A stretch of 64,000 bases of DNA from Elusimicrobiota bacterium (GCA_016191335.1 JACPOW010000051.1:12162-76161), one strand, 5' to 3'; counted from the stretch's first letter, positions 45,089 to 54,322 are shown. Program-made: numbers and translations. Notes: a model not told the origin generated them from the letters alone.

Positions 45089-45643
45089 ATGCACTTTAAA
45101 ACTCTCGCGCTCGTCCTCGGACTCTCCGCCTCGGCCCAGGCCCAGGTCATCTACAAGCTCCCGACCACGCTCGGCAACATCGCCCCGATCTCTTTGCCCA
45201 GCCGCCCGGTCGTCCCCATGATCCTGCCCTCCGTCGACGCGGTCATCGCGATCCCGACCATCAAGCCGGCGATCACCCCCGTCGTCGTGACCATCATCAC
45301 CCCGGCCTCCCTGCCGGTGTACCCCGCGCCCGCGATCGGCCCGGCGCGCCTGCCCGGCGTGCCCTCGCCCCTGCCCCTGCCGACGCCGGCCGCGCTCGCC
45401 TCCGCCCGCCGCCCCGCGCCTAGCGCCATCGAGGAGCCCTTCATCCTCAACTGGAAGCTGCTCGACGACAAGGGCGGCGACGAGGCCGCCTCCGCCCTGG
45501 TGCCCGTCAACCCTGGCCCCCAGCCCCTGTCTCCCGCCGGCGCGGCCGACCAGCTCCTGAGCGAGATCAAGCCCGGCCAGCTGTTCGACGGCCGCAAGAC
45601 GTCCCAGCGCGAGCTCGAGCTTCCTTTCAACCGGTACTTCTGA
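45089..45643 (+). CDS. secreted Pro/Ile/Val-rich hypothetical protein
   Basis: Signal peptide MHFKTLALVLGLSASAQAQ. TATCAT + 6 nt before the ATG. Low-complexity P-x-x-P-rich middle region. Confidence 0.6.
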   Translation: MHFKTLALVLGLSASAQAQVIYKLPTTLGNIAPISLPSRPVVPMILPSVDAVIAIPTIKPAITPVVVTIITPASLPVYPAPAIGPARLPGVPSPLPLPTPAALASARRPAPSAIEEPFILNWKLLDDKGGDEAASALVPVNPGPQPLSPAGAADQLLSEIKPGQLFDGRKTSQRELELPFNRYF

Positions 45644-45666
45644 GCGAGCTTCCCTACCCGTAAGCC

Positions 45667-45694
45667 ATCGCCCGCCTCGTAACAGGCGGGCGAT
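45667..45694 (+). terminator. hairpin terminator
   Basis: 10-bp stem atcgcccgcc/ggcgggcgat with an 8-nt loop, followed by tgactttta. Confidence 0.55.
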
Positions 45695-45722
45695 TGACTT
45701 TTACAGGGGGGGCCCCTACACT
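45694..45722 (+). promoter_or_regulatory. sigma-70-type promoter TTGACT-N17-TACACT, predicted leaderless
   Basis: -35 TTGACT (45694-45699), 17-nt spacer, -10 TACACT (45717-45722). ATG 45730 lies 7 nt downstream and there is no SD. Confidence 0.6.
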
Positions 45723-45729
45723 TCACGAC

Positions 45730-48114
45730 ATGAGGCGCTCCGCGAGCGTCGTCTTCGCCTTTTGCCTGGCCGCCACCGCGGCGCGGGCCGCTTCTCCTAA
45801 ATACAAGCCGACCGAGGACGCGCCCTCGCGCGACGGCTGGAACTCGATGAACATGGAGGCCCAGGCCGTCATGGGCGAGCTCCAGCTCCAGGGCGGCGAC
45901 GTGCGCGGGGCGCAGCAGACCTTCCAGAAGTCGCTCGACCTCGGCACCAAGGTCCGCGGCCCGAAGGGAGAGATCGCCGCGCAAAGCCATTACCGAAGCG
46001 CCGAGATCTCGTTGTCCAAGGGCGAGTACGGCGAGGCGCGGCGCAACCTCGAGATCCTGATCCAGCGCTACCCCGACACCGAGTGGGCGCAGAAGGGCCG
46101 CAACCTGCTGACCGCGCTCCCGGACAACAGCTCCGCGGCCGCCGCGGAAGCCGACGAACCCTATGTCCCGGCCATGGCCTCCTCCTCGGCCGAGGAGGCG
46201 CTGGGGCGGCTGCGCGCCGCCATCGACGAGGGCCGGACCGAGGCCGCCCTCGCCGAGGCCTACGACTTCCACCGCCGCTATCCCTCGCGCGCCGAGAACG
46301 CCGAGGTAAACCTCGCCGCGGGCGCGCTCCACCTGCGCCGCGGCGAGGCCGCGCGCGCCGTGCGCTTCCTCAAGCCGCTGGCGGAGGGGGGCGACCGCGC
46401 GCTGAAGTACAAGGCCATCCACCTCATCGGCGCGGCGCTCGCCTCGCTCGGCCTCGACGAGGCGACGCTCAAGATGGTCCCCGAGGCCGACGCGGCCGCC
46501 GTCGCCGACCGCTGGCTGGCGCTGGCCCAGGTCTGGCGCGCCGCCGCCGAGGACCGCATGGGCCGCAAGGACGACGCGGCCGAGCATTACCGCGCGGTGT
46601 CCGCCTCGGGGCAGGATTCTCCGGTCAAGGCGTACGCGCTGGCCGCCATCGCCGCGGACTGGGACCGCAAGGGCCGGACCGACCGCGCGCGCGACGCGCT
46701 CGGGCGAGCGGGCGAGGCGGCCGCGAAGTGGGGCCTCGTCGAGCTGCGCGAATCGACGGCCCTCTCCGAGGCGAACCTGCTCCTGCGCGCCAAGAAGCTC
46801 GACGCCGCGCAGAAGGCGTATCAGAACTTCACCGGCAGCTTCCCCGACAGCCCCCTGCGCGCCCAAGCGCTGTACCAGCGCGGCCTATGCCTCAAGAAGC
46901 TCGAGCGCCCCGAGGAGGCCGCCGAGGTGTTCGAGGACCTCGCCACGCGCCATCCCGCCTCGGCCTACGCCGCCGACGCCCATCTTCAGCTCGGACAGCT
47001 GTACACCGAGCTCGGCAAGTCCGAGAAAGCGCTCGGCCACTACAAGCTCATGGGCCGCACCTCCGAGGCGCAGGACGCCGACCGCGAGGCGCTCCTGCTC
47101 ATGGCGCAGGTGCACTACAACAAGAAGCGCTGGGGGGAGGCGATCCCCCTGTATAAAAAATATCTGGAGGGAGCCGCTCCGGGCCCCAAGACGAAAGAAG
47201 TCGAGGGCCTGCTCTTGGTCGCCACATGGCAGAACAATAAAGAAGACCCGGATCTTCCGGGGCTCGTGGCGAAATATCCGAACCATCAATTAGCCGCGCA
47301 GATCCGGTGGGATCTCGCCGCGAAGGCGTATAAAAAAGAAGATTGGGACAACGCCGAGCAGCTTTTCCGAAAACACATCGAAGACAACCCTCACGCCGCC
47401 AACATCGGCGAGGCGCGCTTCTACCGCGCCGAGTCCCTGCGCCAGCTCCATCGCATCGAGGACGCCGCGGGCGCTTACCGCAAGTTCCTGGCCGTGCACC
47501 CTAAGCACCCGCGCGCGCAGGACGCGGCGATGGCTTTGGGCGCCATGCTCTACGAGGAGGGCGACGCCTCGGGCGCGGCCGCCGCCTACGCCAAGGTCGG
47601 CGGCACGGGAGCCGAGGCCGCCGACGCCGCCTACAACCGCGCGCTGGCGCTGGCCAAGGCCGGCAAGGAGCGCGACACCGAGAAGGCCTGGGTCGGGTTC
47701 ACGACGAAATTCCCCAAGCACGAGAAGGCGTCATGGGCCTGGGCGCAGATCGCGAAACTGCGCGAGGACCGCGACGACCTGTCCGGCGCCGCCGACGCCT
47801 ACGCCCGCGCCACGGGGACCAACGAGCGCATGAAGGCGCTGTACGCCCTCGGCCGGCTTCAGGAGCGGCGCAAGAAGGTCAAAGAAGCCAAGAACGCCTA
47901 CGAGCGCCTGCGCGCGCTCTCGCCCAAGGACGACGCCGCGCGACTGTCAGGGCTCCTTCGTTTAGGGCTGATGCTCGAGCTCGAGGACAAGCCCCAAGCC
48001 GCCGCGCCGCTCTACGCCGAGGTCATCAAGCGCGCCGAGCGCGGCTCCCAGACCTTCGAGACCGCCCGCAAGCGCCTCCAGTCCCTCTCCAGCGACAAGT
48101 CCCTGATCAAGTAG
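45730..48114 (+). CDS. large TPR-repeat protein, secreted
   Basis: Signal peptide MRRSASVVFAFCLAATAARA, then many TPR-like units (YbgF/CpoB-like repeats) over about 790 aa. Confidence 0.8.
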   Translation: MRRSASVVFAFCLAATAARAASPKYKPTEDAPSRDGWNSMNMEAQAVMGELQLQGGDVRGAQQTFQKSLDLGTKVRGPKGEIAAQSHYRSAEISLSKGEYGEARRNLEILIQRYPDTEWAQKGRNLLTALPDNSSAAAAEADEPYVPAMASSSAEEALGRLRAAIDEGRTEAALAEAYDFHRRYPSRAENAEVNLAAGALHLRRGEAARAVRFLKPLAEGGDRALKYKAIHLIGAALASLGLDEATLKMVPEADAAAVADRWLALAQVWRAAAEDRMGRKDDAAEHYRAVSASGQDSPVKAYALAAIAADWDRKGRTDRARDALGRAGEAAAKWGLVELRESTALSEANLLLRAKKLDAAQKAYQNFTGSFPDSPLRAQALYQRGLCLKKLERPEEAAEVFEDLATRHPASAYAADAHLQLGQLYTELGKSEKALGHYKLMGRTSEAQDADREALLLMAQVHYNKKRWGEAIPLYKKYLEGAAPGPKTKEVEGLLLVATWQNNKEDPDLPGLVAKYPNHQLAAQIRWDLAAKAYKKEDWDNAEQLFRKHIEDNPHAANIGEARFYRAESLRQLHRIEDAAGAYRKFLAVHPKHPRAQDAAMALGAMLYEEGDASGAAAAYAKVGGTGAEAADAAYNRALALAKAGKERDTEKAWVGFTTKFPKHEKASWAWAQIAKLREDRDDLSGAADAYARATGTNERMKALYALGRLQERRKKVKEAKNAYERLRALSPKDDAARLSGLLRLGLMLELEDKPQAAAPLYAEVIKRAERGSQTFETARKRLQSLSSDKSLIK

Positions 48115-48164
48115 ATGGGGTCGGCGGTCTTGACGGGGTACCAGCTATAGCTTACTCTTAGAGG

Positions 48165-50810
48165 ATGCGGGCCCTTCGCGTCTTCTTGGCGCTTCTTCTC
48201 GCGGCCGGACCAGCTCAAGCGCAGCCCGTGGTCGATCTCCTCACCCGCTATGCCGTTCCTGCCGATGAAATCGCCGCCTCCGCGCCTGAGGGCGAAGCGC
48301 CCCAAGGCTCCGGGAAGAAATTGGCTGAACTGGAGGCCGATCTCGCGATCGTGAGCGAAGGCCTCGAAGCGTTCGCCCATCCGGACGACGCCGCCAAGGC
48401 CCTCCTCGCCGCCAAGCCACGCCTTCCCGCCGGCACCGCCCCGTTCTTTCGTGATCGGGCCACGGCCCTCGATTCGCTGTATCGCACCTTGGCGGTCGTG
48501 GACTACACGTGGGCGCTTCGCTTTCCGAACCCTCCTTGCTCGCCGGCCGAGAAGCGAGGAGAACTGCTCCGCTCGGATGACGGGTTGTTCGTGGATCGAG
48601 TCTCGGGGCAAACCTCCGCGTGGATGACCGCCCTTCTCGGGCCGATCGCCAAAGGCAAGGATCTCGAGGCCGCCCTCGACCGTGCATCGGCCTCGGCGAC
48701 GCCGAGCCAAGCCGAGTACGCCCGCCTGCGCGCCCGGCAGAACCTGATCACCAAGGCCCTCGGGGCAAAGGACGCCGTAGGCGAAGCGAGGGCCCGGCTT
48801 TACTGCAAGCGCGCGGAGACCCGCGTGAGGCTGGCCGCCGCCAACCGGGCTTCAGAACAAGTGCTCGCGGCGCGAGCCTCGGAAGCGAAGGCATCCCGGC
48901 ACGGAGTGGTCATCGTCGCAGGGAAAACACCCGAGGGTCTGGAAGCGCGCGGGGCCGGCGTCGTCGTCGATACGAAGTCGGGTGTTCGCGTCCTCACCGA
49001 CCGCCGTCTAGTAGGCGGGGATGTCGTGGCGCTTGTCGATGGAAGGGCCGCTCTGGTGCCGTTGACCGTCGAGCGCGAGGATGTGCCTTCGGGACTCCTT
49101 CTTCTGCGGCCGGAGGGGGATGTCGGAGAAGCGTTGACTTTGGCCGAGGCGGCGCCCGGAAAGGACGATCTCGTGTTCGCTTTCGCGCATTCCGAGCGTC
49201 TGGGAGCGTGGACGCGAACGCAGGGGCTCGTGACGAGCGCTGATTCGAATCAATTTCAGACCGACGCGGTCGCCGATGCCTCCATGACCGGAGGCGCCGT
49301 TCTCGATGAAGAAGGCCGTTTGGTCGGGCTGCTCGTTCTTCGGCGGGACGAAGCCGGCGAATGGCCCGTGGCTATTCCATCCCCGGCGCTCAAATATTGG
49401 ATCGCGGGGGGAGGGGGTCCCGCCGCGGAGCCTGCGGTCCTTCTGGACGCGGGCACGACCAAGATCCTGACAGCCTCGCGCCCCCTGCTCGACAGCCTCT
49501 CCGTGGGCAAAGGCGCCATCACCGCCGCTCGCGCCGCGGATATCTATACTCCGACGCCATGGGGCACCGTGCGGGGCGTCTGCAAGGCCAACTGTGAGGA
49601 CTCGGCACCTTCGACCTCGTATTCCGGAGGCAGCGACGGGAGTCGCGCGCTCGGAGAGGCGTTGGGGAAGCTCGCGGCGGTCGGCCTCCAGGCGCTGATT
49701 TTCAAAGGCATTCCTGCGTTGTTCCGCGGGATCGGGTCGATGTTCAAATCCAAACCTCGCTCCTCCTCGCCCAAGGACGCGCCGGCTGCATCCGTCGAGA
49801 AGAAGCCCGAACCTCCCAAACCGAAGCCGGAGCTGCTCGTCACGCTTTCGCCCGCGAGCGTCCTTCCCGGGAAGGAAGTCGTTTTCATATTGACGGTCAA
49901 AGGTAAGCCGGCGGAGACCAAGATATCGGGCCTGCGCGTCGATTTCACCGTCACGAACGACATGGAAACGAGCACCGGCACGGCGGTCACGGATGAAACG
50001 GGGACCGCCATTCTGCGGATAACTCCGTCACCCTCCGCGCGCAGCTTCGTCGATCTTCAGCGGGAAAGCGACCGGCATCCGGTGCTGATCAACACCGGCC
50101 GTGAGACGAACACGGAACAGATCTGCAAGATCGTCCTGCCGGGGTCGCTTTTGATCGGCATGCTCACCGCCGCCGCAGTGCTGGCTCCGACGCCTGAGGG
50201 CCTGGTGATAGTCTACGCCGGCGGACCCGAGTGTCTCACCGCGGCCTCGGGGCTCATAGCGGGAGCGGGGGCCTACTGCACGGTCCAATTCGGAAAGGAG
50301 GCCCTAGCCCAATCCCGCCAGCCGGTAACGCCGAGCTATTCTCGGCCCGCGAAGGTTCCGTCGTCCGTCAAGAAGGCGGAAAACGCCATCGACGCAGCAC
50401 GGAGTCATGCAGAGGCTGCTGATGAGGATTTGGAAGCAGCGGACATTGAACACAGCAATCATCCGGACCCATCAGGGGCCGGGGCACAGTCATCACCCGG
50501 CGATCCAAACAAACCGCCAATCGACCCCGAAGACGAGGAAAAGCCCAAGACGACACGACATGGCAGCGAACGCATTGCAGATGGGAATCCGACGCGTGGG
50601 GGAACACTAAATCAATCGGAAATCGGGGCCGCGAAGTCAGGGAAACAAATGACGCAACCGGATGGGTCCAAGGTTTTTATCCACGAAGTTGAGCCTGGCA
50701 AATACAATGTAGTTGTGGAAGGAGAGCGTGGGCTGATTACGAGTTTTCGTCATTTACGCTTAAAATCAATTCTCAGATTGACCAAGAATTATGGGTGGAA
50801 GGAGTTATGA
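48165..50810 (+). CDS. secreted multidomain polymorphic-toxin-like protein (degenerate trypsin-like domain, Ig-like domain, DUF4258-like C-terminal toxin module)
   Basis: Signal peptide. Trypsin_2-like core with His->Arg (LTDRRLV) and Ser->Thr (SMTGG). Ig-like segment (VTLSPASVLPGKEVVFILTV...). C-terminal about 87 aa (from 50547) has a RHGSERI...RGG...KVFIHEV...YNVVVEGERGLITSF pattern. AT-richer 3' end. Confidence 0.6.
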   Translation: MRALRVFLALLLAAGPAQAQPVVDLLTRYAVPADEIAASAPEGEAPQGSGKKLAELEADLAIVSEGLEAFAHPDDAAKALLAAKPRLPAGTAPFFRDRATALDSLYRTLAVVDYTWALRFPNPPCSPAEKRGELLRSDDGLFVDRVSGQTSAWMTALLGPIAKGKDLEAALDRASASATPSQAEYARLRARQNLITKALGAKDAVGEARARLYCKRAETRVRLAAANRASEQVLAARASEAKASRHGVVIVAGKTPEGLEARGAGVVVDTKSGVRVLTDRRLVGGDVVALVDGRAALVPLTVEREDVPSGLLLLRPEGDVGEALTLAEAAPGKDDLVFAFAHSERLGAWTRTQGLVTSADSNQFQTDAVADASMTGGAVLDEEGRLVGLLVLRRDEAGEWPVAIPSPALKYWIAGGGGPAAEPAVLLDAGTTKILTASRPLLDSLSVGKGAITAARAADIYTPTPWGTVRGVCKANCEDSAPSTSYSGGSDGSRALGEALGKLAAVGLQALIFKGIPALFRGIGSMFKSKPRSSSPKDAPAASVEKKPEPPKPKPELLVTLSPASVLPGKEVVFILTVKGKPAETKISGLRVDFTVTNDMETSTGTAVTDETGTAILRITPSPSARSFVDLQRESDRHPVLINTGRETNTEQICKIVLPGSLLIGMLTAAAVLAPTPEGLVIVYAGGPECLTAASGLIAGAGAYCTVQFGKEALAQSRQPVTPSYSRPAKVPSSVKKAENAIDAARSHAEAADEDLEAADIEHSNHPDPSGAGAQSSPGDPNKPPIDPEDEEKPKTTRHGSERIADGNPTRGGTLNQSEIGAAKSGKQMTQPDGSKVFIHEVEPGKYNVVVEGERGLITSFRHLRLKSILRLTKNYGWKEL

Positions 50811-50812
50811 GA

Positions 50813-51016
50813 ATGAGTGGACTTCAGCAATATCAGTGCTGTTTTTGCGGAAAAACAATCGAGCCTGACGCGAGAAATCCCGGCGAACTCGCATATACGC
50901 CGGCGAGCACCAAGGACAAATTCAGAAACACACAAGCTCTGTACTGCCATGCCGAATGCTTAAAAACTCATCTTCATGCTTCGGTAAAATTGTACGTCCT
51001 TGATCTTGACGAGTGA
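50813..51016 (+). CDS. small Cys-rich (CxxC...CxxxC) protein, immunity candidate
   Basis: 67 aa. GGAAGGAG lies 8 nt upstream of ATG 50813, and the gene begins right after the toxin stop. QCCFCGK...YCHAEC. Confidence 0.55.
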   Translation: MSGLQQYQCCFCGKTIEPDARNPGELAYTPASTKDKFRNTQALYCHAECLKTHLHASVKLYVLDLDE

Positions 51017-51522
51017 GTGGCATGTTGGCAAATTACCGCCTTCCCATTCTAATGAGCACGCTTGAATTAACATTTCGCCTCGCGACATCGGACAAAGAAA
51101 GGTCCACGTCTATAGACCTGTCGACCATCGGCGAGACACCCTTGCGCTATGACTTGTTTCTGGGCGATATCACCTTCAAGGTCGGGAACTGTGATTTCAG
51201 CACGAATTGGGGCTGGGTTCCCATCATCGATTTCATGGCTTGCATGAAATCAGTAATCGTCGGCTTGTTGAACGATCAGCGATTAGCGCATTTCGAATTC
51301 ACTGAATCCGATGCCAAGATCACTTTCAGAAATTCCGGCTCGATGATTCGCATCGCCAGCACTTACGCGGATGGAAGTTGCGAAGTGCCTCTAGAGGAAT
51401 TCATACGGACAGTCAATTCTGAATCACACCGACTGCGGAATGAACTGCTTGCCAAGCATCCCGGACTACTGGCCAATCCCGCATTCAACGAATTGCTTGC
51501 CTCTACTGCTGCGCCAAAATAG
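51013..51522 (+). CDS. hypothetical protein, immunity candidate
   Basis: 169 aa, GTGA-coupled start (ATG 51022 is the alternative), AT-rich codon usage. No family recognised. Confidence 0.5.
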   Translation: MSGMLANYRLPILMSTLELTFRLATSDKERSTSIDLSTIGETPLRYDLFLGDITFKVGNCDFSTNWGWVPIIDFMACMKSVIVGLLNDQRLAHFEFTESDAKITFRNSGSMIRIASTYADGSCEVPLEEFIRTVNSESHRLRNELLAKHPGLLANPAFNELLASTAAPK

Positions 51523-51586
51523 CTCCTCAGAATTTATTCAAAAATCCCGCAAACTCCTCGACCCTCAAACAGCCGGGGATTCCATA

Positions 51587-51877
51587 ATGGCCACGAACAG
51601 CAAAGAGATTTACTGTCCCGTTTGCGGGTACTCACTCGGCTTTCTCCCGTGGGGGGGGGATCTTCCATCGGACGAAATCTGCCCGTGCTGCGGAATTCAT
51701 TTCGGATATCACGATTTCGCCGCTGGGAAGGCAGAGGATCGTCCCCAAAAATACAAAGAATTGAGGACGCGGTGGATCGCACAGGGGATGAACTGGCACA
51801 GCCGTTCAGAACCGATACCCGAGAACTGGGACCCCAAAAACCAATTAGAAAAAGCAGATCAGCAACACCGACCGTGA
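51587..51877 (+). CDS. Cys-rich CPCC-motif small protein
   Basis: 96 aa with YCPVCGY...EICPCCGIHFGYHD, resembling the Cys_rich_CPCC family (recalled from memory, not searched). Confidence 0.55.
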   Translation: MATNSKEIYCPVCGYSLGFLPWGGDLPSDEICPCCGIHFGYHDFAAGKAEDRPQKYKELRTRWIAQGMNWHSRSEPIPENWDPKNQLEKADQQHRP

Positions 51878-51966
51878 GTTGAGCGCGACAAGCGGACCTA
51901 CGAACCAGCTCGAGGAGTGATGAGAATGAGTGGGCTTCAACACGGCACCTCCCCCGGAGCACCTCG

Positions 51967-52260
51967 ATGAGCCTTAACAACGGGAAAATCGTGCTTGACG
52001 ACGACGATCTTAAGTTAATTTTTTCGCTTTTCTGCAGTTCCACGAAACATGAGAGAGCGCAGACAGCCAACCCAGCTAGCGTTCATCACTTTTCCAAAGT
52101 CGAACTTTCAGGAGAATACAGCCTGACGCAAGAACGCCGGGAATTCGCCGTTGATGCATGGCGCGCAGTGCTTCAATTTCTTCGAAACAAGGGTGTTGTT
52201 CTTCGTATCGGCACACACCAAACGGACCTGGAGTTTATCGAAGAGTCATTCCTCGATTAA
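51967..52260 (+). CDS. hypothetical protein, orphan immunity candidate
   Basis: 97-aa ORF in the AT-richer segment, following a truncated copy of the 50813-gene 5' end. Confidence 0.4.
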   Translation: MSLNNGKIVLDDDDLKLIFSLFCSSTKHERAQTANPASVHHFSKVELSGEYSLTQERREFAVDAWRAVLQFLRNKGVVLRIGTHQTDLEFIEESFLD

Positions 52261-52280
52261 CGGAAGGCCTGCCCCCAATC

Positions 52281-52706
52281 TCACAGGGTGTAGTCGACGC
52301 CTTTCTGGAGCTTGATCTCGATGGTGCCGTCGATGTCGTCGCCGGTGACCTTGAGGGCGCCGAGGCTCTCGGCCTTGGCGCGGGCGGAGTGTAGCTTGGA
52401 CGAGGCGTCGGACAAGGTGTTCTGGGCCTCGTTCATGAGACCGCCGTTCCGGGAGAGGATGGCGAAGAGGCCGGCGGTGCCGGCGATGGTGCGGGCGGAG
52501 CGGTAGGAGCGGCGCGCGTCCCAGTAGGCCTCGACGGCGCGGGCCTTGTCGGTGAGCGGCTTGAAATTCGAGCTGTCGCAGGGGCAGGTCGGCTTCACCT
52601 TCTCGACGGGCGCCGGCTGCGGCGCGGCGTTTACCTGGGCGCGGAGGGGGAGAGCGGAGGCCACGGTCAGGAACGCGACGGCGAGGGCGATGGTCTTCAT
52701 GGCCAC
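52281..52706 (-). CDS. secreted hypothetical protein
   Basis: Signal peptide (M)AMKTIALAVAFLTVASALPLRAQ. GGAGG lies 8 nt upstream of GTG 52706. Confidence 0.6.
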   Translation of the reverse strand: MAMKTIALAVAFLTVASALPLRAQVNAAPQPAPVEKVKPTCPCDSSNFKPLTDKARAVEAYWDARRSYRSARTIAGTAGLFAILSRNGGLMNEAQNTLSDASSKLHSARAKAESLGALKVTGDDIDGTIEIKLQKGVDYTL

Positions 52707-52828
52707 AGGATAGCCCTCCGGGGGGCTCCCGTCGGGGGCCGTCAGGCCTACCCGAGGGCACGCGTAAGGCCTATTCCTTAACAGGCCCGGCCTTGTCAGG
52801 CCAGCGCCCCTCCGCTATACTTGCGACC

Positions 52829-53461
52829 ATGAGCGGAATGACCTTTATCGAGATGCTGAAGATCAGCATCGCCATGCCGATCTTGCTGGTGCTGTCTTTG
52901 GCGATCTTCGCGCAGGCCCTGGAGCGGATGTACTCCTACTGGTTCGCCCAGAAGATGCCCACCGCGATGTGGGAGCGAGTGCGCGACCGCCTCGAGGCGG
53001 GGGACAAGGCGGGCGCCATCGCCATCGCCCGCCGCGACACCTCCTTGATGGGCGAGGCCATCACGCGCCTGATCGGCCTGGAGACCTCGAACACCGAGAA
53101 GCTCGTCGAGGCGTTCCAGCTGTACCGCCAGCGCCTGAGCCTGGGGCTCAACCGCCGCGTCGGCCTGTTCGGCACGGCGAGCTTCATCTCGCCGCTGATC
53201 GGGCTGATGGGCACCGTGCTCGGCATCATGCGCGCCTTCCACGACCTGTCCGCCGCGGGCGCGGGCGGCCCCGCCGTCGTCGCGGCCGGCATCTCCGAGG
53301 CGCTCGTCGCCACGGCCTTCGGCATCGGCCTGGCCGTCGTCGCGGCCCTGTTCTACAACTACTTCACGCTCACGGCGCGCCACCGCCTGAACACCGCCGA
53401 CCTGTGGGTCCTGGAGATGGCGCAGCTGCTGGAGGACCATGGCGGGAAGCCCGTTTCATAA
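52829..53461 (+). CDS. MotA/TolQ/ExbB proton-channel family protein
   Basis: Three TM helices and a conserved SPLIGLMGTVLGIMRAF segment. TATACT + 7 nt before the ATG. Confidence 0.88.
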   Translation: MSGMTFIEMLKISIAMPILLVLSLAIFAQALERMYSYWFAQKMPTAMWERVRDRLEAGDKAGAIAIARRDTSLMGEAITRLIGLETSNTEKLVEAFQLYRQRLSLGLNRRVGLFGTASFISPLIGLMGTVLGIMRAFHDLSAAGAGGPAVVAAGISEALVATAFGIGLAVVAALFYNYFTLTARHRLNTADLWVLEMAQLLEDHGGKPVS

Positions 53462-53894
53462 GGACGACGAGGCGGCGGCGATCTCCGACGTGAACGTCGT
53501 GCCCCTGGCCGACGTCTCGCTCGTGCTCCTGATCATCCTGCTCGTGCTCTCGCCGATGGCCGCCCAGTCCATGCTCAAGGTGCAGGCCGCCGCCGCGAAG
53601 GCCGAGGCCGCCCTGCCCACCCAGGTCGAGTTGCTGACGATGCGCGAGCCCGAGGCCGTCCTCGTGCTGGGCGTGAGCGCGCTCGGCTTCGTCATGGACG
53701 GCCGCCTCATGGCCACCGGCTCCGAGCTCACCGAGTTCCTCAAGCTCAAGCTCTCCGTGCGCACCGACCGCAAGGTGTTCGTCTCGCCCGAGCTCGAGGT
53801 CGCGCACGGCCAGGTCATCGCCGCCCTCGAGGCGGTGCAGGCCGCGGGGGGCACGGTCGCCCTCGTGCAGATCGCCGACCCGGAGGCGCGCTGA
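53439..53894 (+). CDS. ExbD/TolR biopolymer transport protein
   Basis: ISDVNVVPLADVSLVLLIILLV N-terminal signature and a periplasmic domain. Confidence 0.85.
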   Translation: MAGSPFHKDDEAAAISDVNVVPLADVSLVLLIILLVLSPMAAQSMLKVQAAAAKAEAALPTQVELLTMREPEAVLVLGVSALGFVMDGRLMATGSELTEFLKLKLSVRTDRKVFVSPELEVAHGQVIAALEAVQAAGGTVALVQIADPEAR

Positions 53895-54322
53895 TGGCCA
53901 AGTACGCGCTGCTGCGGATGCGGGCCAACACCCCGGAGCCCGAGCCCGTGACCGAGGTGAACATCATCCCGGTCATCGACATCTCCCTCGTGCTCCTCGT
54001 CATCCTGTTCGTCACCGCTCCCTTGCTGGCCTACCCGACCTTGCCCGTCGCCTTGCCGCCCGCGTCGGCCTTGCCCAACCAGGAGCTCACCATCGCCTTG
54101 ACCTACGCGCTCGACGGCCAGCTCTCCGTCCGCGCCGCCGCCTCGACCTGGGACACCGTCGCCATGGACCTGCGCCGCGAGGTGGACAAGAAGAACGGCT
54201 CCATCGTCCTGATCCGCGCCGACAAGTCCGTGCCCTACCGGACCATCCAGCGCCTGATCGGCGTGGCCAAGTCCGCGGGCGCGGCGCAGATCGCGCTCGC
54301 GACGGAGCCGGTGAAGAAATGA
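53894..54322 (+). CDS. ExbD/TolR biopolymer transport protein (second copy)
   Basis: VTEVNIIPVIDISLVLLVILFVTAPL...VLIRADKSVPYRTIQRLI. Confidence 0.85.
   Translation: MAKYALLRMRANTPEPEPVTEVNIIPVIDISLVLLVILFVTAPLLAYPTLPVALPPASALPNQELTIALTYALDGQLSVRAAASTWDTVAMDLRREVDKKNGSIVLIRADKSVPYRTIQRLIGVAKSAGAAQIALATEPVKK

Larger units (their letters stand above)
50400..52260. other. compositionally atypical AT-richer segment
   Basis: Hand counts of single 60-nt lines give 29/60 (51001-51060) and 26/60 (51241-51300) G+C inside. Outside, the counts are 38/60 (53401-53460) and 49/60 (10201-10260). Confidence 0.8.

Noticed and set aside
48165-52260. Calling the AT-richer island a mobile element or prophage remnant
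   Set aside because: No integrase, transposase, terminal inverted repeats or flanking tRNA were seen. The only repeat is the 29-nt toxin/immunity junction, which fits cassette recombination rather than a transposable element.
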